Below, piece after piece: positions 53,437-64,000 of a DNA stretch of 64,000 nt. The notes under the pieces were generated by a model. That model ran no database searches, was not told the origin of the DNA, and saw only the letters and a list, made by a program, of their open reading frames with translations. Source of the DNA: Magallana gigas (taxonomy: Eukaryota); assembly GCF_963853765.1 (NCBI RefSeq), contig NC_088855.1, forward strand, positions 47,616,001 to 47,680,000, read 5' to 3'. The first letter of the stretch is position 1. Each line of letters starts with the position of its first letter. Both the position numbers and the translations under genes were made by a program.

Positions 53437-54119
53437 GTTGGACACATTCCGGAAACAGTTTAATATAACATGTAGTTCCTTTGTTGTGTTGATTGATATG
53501 GGTACGTGATCGCTATATTTTACCTGCTATCGGCCGTCCTTTGAACCAACTGAACAGCAACCGCTGATAACGCACTGCATATTGATTTGCCGTGTAGCGC
53601 ACGATCGTATTGATTTTGTGATATAAAATAAAAAGATATTAAAAGACGACTTTCTCAAGTAGCACTTTATTAAAACCATTTTTTGTATTTAAATGCATAT
53701 TTATTTTCATTAGTAAAACTATAACAACGATGTCATTAGTAACCTTTTTAGGGGTAGATTTATTCAGGAAAAGGGAAGGGGTAGATTTATTCTTCATTTA
53801 CAATGATAGCGGTGCTCAAATGTCAACATATTGTGACGAATGCACAATATATAACCTTTATTTTAATGAAACTAACAAGTTATCAAATTATTACCAACAC
53901 TTCATCATAAAATGAGCCGAGACAAAGAAAGAAAGATAACTGCGAAAATTAAAAAAAAGTACATGACGTTTACATATTGAACGGGTTAGAAATAGTTAAA
54001 TCAAGTTGGGTTACCGTCCTTGTTTACAACAACATTGATAAATAAAAATTAGTAAAATATCTTAAACTCATTTCCAGAATAATTTAGGGGAAATCTTGCG
54101 ACTATTGTCCCTTGTCTTC

Positions 54120-54830
54120 GACAAAAATTCATCTAGGTATGCTTTGTTTTCAGAGTTGGGTGGGAACAATTTTATGAGAGAAGTAAAGACAAAGACTTCT
54201 ATAATTCTACAAGATTGTTTATGGTAAAGCCCCTGTATAAGAACAAGATTTGATCCTACCTTTCAAACCACCACAGCATGGTTATAATCTTAGTAACGTT
54301 GGTAACTTTAACTTTGTTATACCACAGTCTAGGACAGTTACATATTGTAACAGCTTTTTGCCATCAACTATTCCGCTATGGAATATGAAACACAATGTAT
54401 TGAGTCCTTTTCATCTTTCAAAAATGCACTTTATAAACAATCTGTAGAATTAGCAAAAAATGCAAAAGTTTACAATTATGGAAATCGCAAAGAAAATATT
54501 GCTCACTCTCAACTTAGAAATAAATCTAGTAACTTACAAGCTCACCTTTTTGACCAATGGTAAAGCGACACTTCAACTTGTAATAATTGTGGTCACACAT
54601 GTGAAGACATTCTTTATTTTTCCTAACTTGTCTAGCATACTTTAATCACAGAACATTGCTCATTAACAGTATTCAAAATTATATAATCCTAAACAATCTC
54701 AATCACGAGCAAGTATTACATGTTTTACTTTTCGGCGATAGACAACTTCACTATAAAACCAACTGCTCAATTTTTCAAGCAGTTTAACAATATATTAAGT
54801 CAACAAAAAGATTTTAATTAATACCTATTA
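54120..54830 (+). mobile_element. Decayed CR1/L2-type LINE 3' fragment
   Basis: Frameshifted remnants: GYNL...RTVTYCNSFLPSTIPLWN, SFSSFKNAL, HSQLRNKSSNLQAHLF...TC.NCG...ED, typical of CR1-group ORF2 C-termini. Confidence 0.75.
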
Positions 54831-54999
54831 TTATTAATTTTGCCTAATATCATCCTAAACTTTACTTCATTATATCAATAATGCACTTAATATCTTAATC
54901 CTCTTGTTTTTATTATATGCTTCATATATAATATTCATTATCATTAATAATTTTCTTAATTTCAATTGTTTATTATGTACGTATTTGCATAATAAAATA

Positions 55000-55835
55000 T
55001 TTGTTAAAATTAAAACTTTTGTCCAAAGAGGGATAACTTTGAAACAGGAAATATATAGGGAAAATGTTCAAAGAACTGCAAGCTACAATTTGTGAGATGA
55101 AAACATCTTCAAATAATGTAGATTCTAAATTGTAAAAATCATGACCCCTGCACTATTACTTGACCCCCAAGAGGGATTCAAAATTTAATATACAGTACTA
55201 GGAAAATAAAGGGATAATGTATTATAATCTTCTCAAGAACTACAATTTAATCCTATAATTTTTGGAATTACTATGTAATCATCCTCAAATAATGTAGATT
55301 TTAAATTGTTGAAATTGTAAAACCCGCACTAATAATTGGGGCCCAAGAGGGGTTCACAGTTTTACGTAGAAATACATGTATAAAGCGAAAATGTTTTTAA
55401 AAAAGTCTTTTTCCCAAGAACTACAATTATAGAATTACTATGCAGGATTCTTAGAAATGATAGATTCTAAATTGCTGTGGTTTCATCAATATTTGTTAAA
55501 TACCAATTTTCGTGGATTTCATTGTTTAGTTGATCCACGAAATGAAATGTTCATTGAAGTGCAATTTTTATTAACATTTTGTATTGATAGGGTCATTGGC
55601 CACGAATTTACGTATCCTTGAAATTGTGATTTTCAGTTTATCCACGAAAATTGATGCCCTTGAATATTAATGAAACCACAGTGTTTTATAAATTGTGATC
55701 ATAGACAATACTGGGGCCTTAAGAGGGGTTTAACGTTTAAACTTTGATATATATTTGGAAATTTTTTGAAAACTTAAATAAAATGATACAATGAACTGTT
55801 GTTCAGATGAGCGATGAGGCCCAGGGGCCTCTTGT
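55000..55835 (+). mobile_element. Helitron/Helentron-type non-autonomous element with internal ~165-170-bp tandem repeats
   Basis: TAGATT(C/T)TAAATTG recurs at ~55118, ~55295, ~55461 with CAAGAGGG and CAAGAACTACAAT; 3' end CAGATGAGCGATGAGGCCCAGGGGCCTCTTGTT(T)n has a short hairpin before a T tract. Left boundary approximate. Confidence 0.7.
55476..55682. mobile_element. ~205-bp MITE nested in the Helitron-type element
   Basis: TIR CTGTGGTTTCATCAATATT / AATATTAATGAAACCACAG (1 mismatch). Confidence 0.75.
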
Positions 55836-56473
55836 TTTTTTTTTATTGTCATACGCTTTCAGTGGTCGTTTATAGCTATTGAACATCACCTGTCTGCTGT
55901 TTACACATTGCATAACAATCTGCCATGTCACATACCGCACAGTCGTATTGATCTTGTGTAGGATAACAAAACATTAACTTTATCGTGTAAGATTTTATTA
56001 GCAAGTATGATATTCAAAAGTCAAAACTAAAATTTAAGGATATTATATGATGTCAAATTTCAAATCCTATTCACACTATATTAAACGTGTAAACCAGCGA
56101 AAAATTTGGTTTCTAGTCATATGGTATGTAGGTGAATACAAAATGTAGTCCGGTATATAATTTACACTCCACTGATTACTCGCAAACGAGCATTTCCAAT
56201 TTTTTTTTGTCGGGAAGGAAAAATAAAGGTTAAAAAAATGGTGGATTTGGGAAATTCTTTTTAAATACAAGTCAATACATGTAAATTATGTTATTATGTT
56301 GCACCACTCTTTAATAGTGATGAATTTTAGAATCGTTTACATTCACGTTTAAATTCAATGCTCATTCATTAACATTTTTCAAAAATAAGTAGGTCGTGAA
56401 TGAACAAAAAATAATATAAAAGAAGAAAAAATAGATTACATTTTTTCAATAAATAATGAAAAAAATTGAGCTG

Positions 56474-59186
56474 TCATTGATAAAGACTCATGGCAACAAG
56501 GAAAACCATTGTCCAGAAAGGGACGGTCTTGGAAGAGGATGACGTGTTTGGGGCCGCTTGTGGTCCATTACACAAGTCTGTATTACACATGGACAAGCAC
56601 GTGAAGAATTTGCCCTGCACGTAACTGCATGTAGTTATGTTTTTATCCTGTGGAAAGTTCAGAAATCGACTCGCATTGATGGAAAAATTGATACCATCCG
56701 AACAGTCCCGGATGTACGCCACAACAACGCCTGTGGAAAGAAAAATGTAAACTCGAACCATATAAACCGAGGACTGTATTAAATTTGTTTCTTCCAACAA
56801 ATTAAAGAAATAGCAGTTTTTATGCATGAACATAGGAAAGGAATTTACAAGGTGATATTTTATAGATCCCTGATTACCCAAAGTGATAAGACTACATGTA
56901 TGTAAATAAATATTGATGTTTTCATCGTTTTCCAGGCATGGTTATCGATTTTTTCACTATTCTTTTGAATGATACATGTACATCCTCAAAATTCTTAAGT
57001 TTCGTTGGTTTAACATAAAATACAACATATAGTAAAATGTATGCTGCTCTAAATTACCCACCATTTATCTCCACCCTCTCAATAACACACGTGTCTTCTG
57101 ACTCCGAGCACTGCTTCCTGTAGGTATATTCTGAACTGGTATGGTTTGTTCCGTTGTCCTGGTGCATGGCATGGTCTTTGATCATTATGTCGAGGTCCTC
57201 TTGACATGGCCCGTTTGGTCTTCCATCCCCACACTGATAGCAATACAACGCATCTGTAAATGGTAAAATGTAACCATTTATCAAGTTCTTTATAAAATTA
57301 ACATTTGGAAATATTCTGTTTGTTATTTTGATATCTTAGACAGCAGAATTGGTCAAATGTATTTTTACAATGCGCTAGGGATCAACATTTCCTGTGCTGA
57401 AATACTAAAACATAAATTTTATTAGCTCTAGTTATTTCAACTTTTCGCGGTTTTGGTCCTTTTAAAGTATTTCAATTAATAACAAATGATAAAGATATAA
57501 ATCAAATATTTTTTCTATGATAAACAAGACAATGACATTTCGTTAAATCATGAATTCGAAATCAAGCATTATATATGAGATCAATAAATAACAGTGACTC
57601 AAAGGTAGAACTTCCTGAATAGAAAGTATCCATACACACAACTGTTGACTTCGTATTTCCCTCAAGGTGTTCATGTGCAAAACCTCTCGTAAAGTGGCAT
57701 GGATACACATTTACAACATGGAGTTCTTATCGTAGTTCCTTGTATTTTTGTATTATTATTGAACATCTGAACTTTTTTAAAAATTGGTTGGCCGTATTTA
57801 AACGAGAAACAAAATGTTACTCTATATGTATATTGTTTTGTTATACTTTCATGTTAAATACTGAAATCTGATTGGTTAAGACGCAGTTAATAATATTTAC
57901 TATTACCCTCAGCGTTAGCAACGCACTTGGCAACGGGTAACATTAAAAAATGTTACATGCGCGAAAATTATGCGCGTACGGTTCGCTGTAGAATTTACGT
58001 TATTCCTATATAAAAGCAGTAAAATTTTCTTAAAAATTTTAAAAAAGACATTCAGTATAACAAAATAAATAGTGCCTGTTTGGGAGGATAACAGTTGAAA
58101 TTGACACCCCTCGAAAACCATTGTCAACCTCCGCTTCGCGTCGGTTGACAATGGTTTTCTCGGGGTGTCAATTTCAACTGTTACCCTCCCAAACAGGCAC
58201 TATTTATATAGTAGTAAACTTTTCAGCCTGTTATCGAGTATGGACGAGCGGTCAGTTGGTATCAGTTGAGTTCTTGACTCGTTGTTGTATGTTTTCATGC
58301 CTTAAACATTACTCCCTGATAATTAAACACCTGAAAGTAATTCTCTGTAGTTCTTTGTAAGAATGGTGGATAACTACTTACTCTCGCCCCCCCCCCCTTT
58401 CCCTCCTGAACTTATTGACATTGTACTGCGATAATATGCCAGGGCATTATTTTTTATCTTCTAGCTACTTAATATTGTAAGAGTGTTTTTAATTACTTTT
58501 ACATATAATTTATATAAACATGTACATCGTAGGTTGTCTAGGAACTTAAAATTAAAATAAGATTAGATCAATTTTAATGTTTTTCTAACGAACACAACTA
58601 TCTTCAACATGGTATTCAAGGGTCTCTTTTGAAACAAGATAGGGTTAGCATCCAACCAGTAATAGAATTTTCAGGGGCCGCTCCCTATCTAGTTTTTCAT
58701 TAAATTATATTTATTCATTGAAGACATCAAAGATAACTGGATGTTCACAAAATGGATAGTGGGCCGGCCATCATGAATTGTCGCAGGTCATAAATGAGAT
58801 ATCTATGTAAACACGAGGTTGGACGTTTGGTGGGACAAACCCATACAGTTTATAGCCCCCAAAATATATACCGCCGCTGTAACGTAATGGTATCTGTTAA
58901 CATTACCTATGAAAACGGAGGGGAAAATGTTATGAGGAAACAAAAACCAATCCAGTAAAAATACAGAGGTTGCATAAAACTTGAACCTTATTAGACGGAA
59001 ATATCCCTGGACAAAGTCTGATGGTTGACGTTTTATAAATTTCACTACTTGTTGAGTTTCACAATAACTTTCATAAAATTGAAAGAAAAAAACCCTTAAG
59101 GCAGAAATACCATAAATATTGATAACTCCCTTTGAAATTGGAATGGTAAAGGTGTCATTGCATTTTTTTTTTATCGAAATCTGTCT

Positions 59187-59244
<58 letters not shown>

Positions 59245-59442
59245 TCAGAATTATATTTTCATCATATTTTGTTCAATGGTTTCTTTAACAGTTTTTACTA
59301 CATGTATCATTTTTTTTTAAATTCTAGCTGTTTTACTATACACTAAAAAAACCGACTTTCTTTACACTGTTTTTTAAGGTTACTTACGTGAACAGAATAC
59401 TAAGGAAAAACTAAGAAAAACTGTGAAAGCGAAATTCTTCAT
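56474..59442 (-). CDS. Ly6/uPAR three-finger (Quiver-like) GPI-anchored protein, paralog 4
   Basis: Exons 59442-59388 (signal peptide MKNFAFTVFLSFSLVFCS, GTAAGT donor), 57253-57062 (LYCYQC..NGPC...KQC...TCVIE), 56730-56474 (YIRDCSDG...KNITTC...TCLSMCNTDLCNGP + GPI-like tail). Confidence 0.78.
57845..58207 (+). mobile_element. Non-autonomous element ending in a ~143-bp near-perfect palindrome (possibly Crypton-like)
   Basis: Arms 58065-58129 and 58142-58207 are near-perfect reverse complements; upstream CTGATTGGTT motif. Family assignment is from recollection only. Confidence 0.6.
59188..59240. repeat. (GA)n microsatellite
   Basis: Direct reading. Confidence 0.95.
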
Positions 59443-60767
59443 GGTTATAATCTCCACACGGCAGTAAAACCAGACTGTGTTATCATCCTATTCTAATGAT
59501 ATATAACTCGAGGTTTTTGTTTGAATATGTGTCATAAAACACAGAAAGGGACATTTGCCGGGTAGATTTAAGTATACGGAAGCCCTTATGTGCAAAAAAG
59601 ATTAGTTATTCGGTATTTCTCGCATAGTTTGATTTTACCTACAAAAATATATATGCTTGTTTTATGACGAATGGGTGTAAGTAGTAAAATGAAAAAATGC
59701 GTTATAAAACGAGAAAACTTGTTTAATATATAATGTACTTTTTGCAATTTTCCATACCTGACTTATTTGATTCAACTAGTCTTCCGTAGAAAATGGGGAA
59801 AATTGACGTTGATTGAAAAAACAAACAAACACACACGTAGAAGCGGTTCCAATTTTTGTAGCTACTAATTCTACAGTAGTTGTAATATTACTTTATTGAA
59901 AATCGTTGGCCTAAAAGATTTGATTCCTTTATCCGTAAGGGTGGTTTTACTAACTTTGATTTTGGTGGGGGGGGGGGGGGGCATGAGAAAAGAATCCTTC
60001 TAGCGACTGTGTTAATGTACTTATAAGTCCAAAACTATCGCTTTTTATTACCTTACTATTGAGTGTAACTCACAATGCTCAAAACATTCTTAAATGCAAG
60101 ACAAAACTGATTGCTCAAAAAACTGATATGATTATTGTGTAATGGAAACATGTTATCAATTACCAGTAGTAAAAATGCGGCTTCTCTCAAAAATGCTTTA
60201 AGATAGAGGCTTGAAATTTAATGTGATTATACATTTGTCATTTGAAAATTTCAGTTCGACAAAAAGTCCAAAACTAGCGTTTTTTATATGACCTTATCAT
60301 TGAGAGTAGTTTTGTTTCAAATAAATAATCTACTTTGTAATGGAAACATGATTTCAATTACCAGTAGAAAAATATGAAATTTTCAGTGCGACAATTTGAA
60401 TTTGATAAAAAATTAATTGCATCTTTACAACAAATACTAGTACTCTCTCCCTCATTTTGTCTATCTCTATCCTGTTCCTTTCTCTTTTAACGATCACTGA
60501 TCACTGATCAGTCTGATTTTATTGTCGAAAGAACGACATCGATTTTACCTTATGTAAAGAACGCTGAAACACGGATCGTCCTTAAGAACCTTTGAATGGA
60601 AACCAAAGACAATTGCGTTGTTGTCATGTTTACAAGTTATGATATGCACTTTCTACTGTTCGATTGTTAAACATCAAATAACAGGGTCAAATGTTGAACA
60701 TTATGGCAATATAAATTGGATGAAAGTAGTTAGCCGGTGCAGTTTTCATAAGCAGTCTGAGAGGAAA

Positions 60768-63066
60768 ATGTTACCTAAACTTCTTGGGTTTGTTCTCCTT
60801 TTTGGATCGACATATGGTATGTAGTAAAAATGATCTAACCAGCGAAACAGTTAAAATAAACAAATTTCAGTTTAGAATCTAAAATACAGCATATTGAAAA
60901 ACTAATGAAGATTGACCCAACTCATTTTTACACTCTACATTAGAGAACTTTTTCTTATATTGCTGTTTCTGAAGTTACTTAAATAAAAATCGATTAAATA
61001 TAAACTAAAATGAAATTCAGTACTTTGTATAGGCAATTTTAATACTTAACTTGATTAGTATACCTTAATTTCCGAGAAAATGAATAATGTGGAATCTGCG
61101 ATAAAAAATTAATTAATGTAATGAAACAAAACATTTTTTTATATATATATTTACATCATTATTTGCTCCTTATAACATTGTTTCCTAGCAAAATTTTATG
61201 GGAACTTCAAAAAGACAGTGTAACTTTAAAATGTTTTTTTTTTAAATTATAGAACTACTTAAGAAATTATTTTATAATAAATTATACACGTATTACTAAA
61301 TTAACGCAACAGAACTGGTTAATGTTTTAAAAATGAATCTAACCGATTTAATGGTCACCAAAAATGTTACTTACTATTAAATGTAGAAAGGAAAAAACTT
61401 ATTTTGCTTTCTTTTTTCATGGCATGAATTATCAAAGTCCATGAAAGATTTGTGCGGTTAAAATAATTTTTATCGAGGTATGAAAACATTTAAAATTGCT
61501 GCGTAGTAAACGCATAATTTGTTTGTCGCAAACGATCCTGAATACATTTTATTTGAAGTCTTCCTTATAATTAAGGTCACTCAAATCTTTGCGTTGTACG
61601 ATTTCAAGCGCAAAACTTATGACAATTATATTGCAGGCGCATAACGAATTGCACAAAATCATCCTTACCATTTAATATCTTAATATTAACGTAGAAAATC
61701 TCATAATTTTTTAACAATTTAGTATCTTTTTTATGTTAAAACTGACAGCTATTACGGAGCGTGCTTGTGAGGGGAGCACCTTGTATCTCACTTGTCCCCA
61801 GGGACAATCGATCAACGTGACGTACGCTAACTACGGCAGGAGTAACCTGTTCGTCTGTCCGGCCGGAGGACAACAGAACACCAACTGTTATAGCGGGTCG
61901 TCCATACAGACTGTACGGAACACATGTCAAGGCCAGAACCAGTGTAGCATCTCGGCTTCCGATGCTCTGTTCGGAGACCCTTGTCCATCAACATATAAAT
62001 ATTTGGAGGTCGATTATGAATGTGAAGTTCAATCTCCCCAGGGTGAGATTCTCTGCATAAAATTCATTTCTATACTCTGTCCCGAGTTTTTGCTTCCACC
62101 ACTCTTTGCTTGATATTTCAATAATAGTAAATACCTTTGTGCTCAAACTACGTTCATCCACTAATATGAAAAATTTCCAGATTATCTGTTTTTAAAACGC
62201 CCACTCTACCGCTTCAGGTTTCAATACACATCCCAAAATTGAAAGTCAACGGAGAAGCCCTGATGATAACGTTAAAAAATTGCGCGAGTTATCCCGAGTA
62301 CTTCCGAATGGAGAAAAGATGTAAACATTTACCAGTATAAATCTCCGTAAGAAAATTGTTTTCGTTCCTGTGAAATTTTATGAGTGAAAAGGGATTGTTC
62401 AATGAAGATATCTTGGATATATTCCCTTTCATCGATTTCAATTGTATTTCTTTCACAGGTATGTGTATTTTTATTAAAAATCATCAAAAATTGATGGAAG
62501 CAATAACTTGGGACAGACTATAGTTGATTTATGGTGATTATTTTTCAAAGTATATTATATCATTAAAATGATATCTTCAGTATTTCTTAATGAAACCTTT
62601 TATTTTTGGGACATTCATTCATCGAAATAGAAATGTCAGAAAGTTATCAAAATCAATATTCACTATGTTTAAGCTTATAGATGTTTATAAAAGGTTTTAA
62701 TCAGTAAATCACACATTGGTGAATTTAATTCCTTTTTGCATCGGATATAAGTTTAAAATTGTTTTTTCATGTTGCCTAGGAAACCGATTCCACGTCTGTG
62801 AGGGTGGTTCCTTGTATCTTTACTGTCCAAGAGGAACATATCTAGTTATTTTCTCTGCCAACTTCGGACGACTGAGTTCCGCAATCTGTCCAGGTCCCGG
62901 ATCAAACAACGTAAACTGTGTGTCTTCTAATGCCCTGTCCGTGGTCAGAAACAGCTGTGAGGGGTACCCCAGCTGCCAACTCGAGGCCATCAATAACGTG
63001 TTTGGAGATCCGTGTCCAGGAACTTATAAATATCTGGAGGTTAATGTTGGATGCAGTTATTTCTAA
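60768..63066 (+). CDS. Secreted rhamnose-binding lectin with two SUEL/Gal_lectin domains
   Basis: Exons 60768-60816 (signal peptide), 61749-62042 (ACEG..L.C...ANYGR...C...FGDPCPSTYKYLEVDYEC), 62780-63066 (CEG...ANFGR...FGDPCPGTYKYLEVNVGC); phase-1 introns. Confidence 0.92.
62073..62520. mobile_element. MITE family A, copy 3, in lectin intron 2
   Basis: Termini TACTCTGTCCCGAG / CTTGGGACAGACTA with TA flanks; similar to copies 1 and 2. Confidence 0.88.
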
Positions 63067-63479
63067 ATATATATTCATGTATCATTTGTTTCTTTGATAT
63101 GTTTTCATTTGGGGTTTTTAAATTTCAAACGTCAAAGTCAATTTAATTGTGTAAAATTAATGTAGTACTTAAATCATTCATGTAGAAAAATACTTGAGAC
63201 ACACTTGAAAAATATTTTTGTTTAAAAATAAAAATGGAATGTCGACGCAGATTTTGGCAGCATTTATATAATAGAAACACTTCAAACTGAAGATGTAATA
63301 AAAGAAAAAAACAACTGATGCCAAGAATAACATACAATTCTTACATTGTCAAACGCTTGAAGAGAGATGATTTAAAATACCGGTAGATACATAATTTTGA
63401 ATAAATAAGCACAAAAACTCCACTTTGGTTAATAAATTATATCAATTCTTTTAAAAGGACCCTTCAAAAAATATGTTTT

Positions 63480-63960
63480 ACCATCGAGTTTTCAGTCTTA
63501 CCTACGAGTTGTTAAGTCGGACAAACGAATAAGTATTTACTATGAGATGCGTGCGAACAAAATAATTTGTTAATAAAACTAGGTTATAAGCCTTACGTAC
63601 AAGACGAGAAGTGTGATATGATAAATAGTTAAGTAAGTACGAATATTAATATTCCATACTCACTAGATAATATGCCATGCGTACGAAGTAAATATATTAA
63701 TGTCGGTATAAAATACCCGGTTGTACATGTAAGTCGTTGAGCTCTACAAAGTCGTGTCTTATGTACGAGTTGATATGTCTGACAAATGAGATTAGTATGT
63801 ACGATGTGGTATAACCTACACTCTAGCTATTGAAGTATTATGCGACGATGTACATACTTGAAAATTGGTCATACAAACGAGATAGTTAGTCGTAATAATG
63901 AAATAATGACAAACAACAAATTCTAAGAGGTACGTAGATAATAAGTCGTTTTAAAATGAT
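63480..63960. repeat. Degenerate repeat region rich in GTACGA/ACGAG/AAGTCG motifs
   Basis: Motifs recur every ~30-45 bp; no termini resolved. Confidence 0.4.
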
Positions 63961-64000
63961 ATTACAAACAATAGGCTATACCATGTATGAAATATGTAGC

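Noticed and set aside
529-63337. Many short antisense/overlapping ORFs in the supplied track
   Set aside because: They are shadows of real exons on the opposite strand or random AT-rich ORFs; no independent support.

Overview
AT-rich, intron-containing animal genomic DNA, very probably an oyster (Crassostrea/Magallana-like bivalve; inferred from gene content and a ~170-bp satellite-bearing Helitron-type repeat). Left to right: 5' two-thirds or more of vigilin/HDLBP (minus strand, 19 coding exons visible, runs off the left edge); two tandem 3-exon nodulin-like/MCH1-type MFS transporters; a 7-exon WFDC1(ps20)-like gene with an extra C-terminal Cys module; a dispersed cluster of four paralogous GPI-anchored Ly6/uPAR (Quiver/Sleepless-like) genes interleaved with an intronless-CDS Toll-like receptor, an orphan disordered-protein gene and a two-domain SUEL rhamnose-binding lectin. 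Intergenic/intronic DNA is dense in DNA transposons (a decayed DD34D mariner with a spliceosomal intron and a nested MITE, TTAA-, TA- and 9-bp-TSD non-autonomous elements, a Helitron-type element, long palindromes) and LINE fragments. Most notable unexplained signals: three diverged stem-loop repeats in a vigilin intron (H/ACA-snoRNA-like), a 'ghost' duplicate of a Ly6 locus with its coding region deleted, and the Ly6 family itself. All calls are manual, with no database searches; exon boundaries were read by eye.
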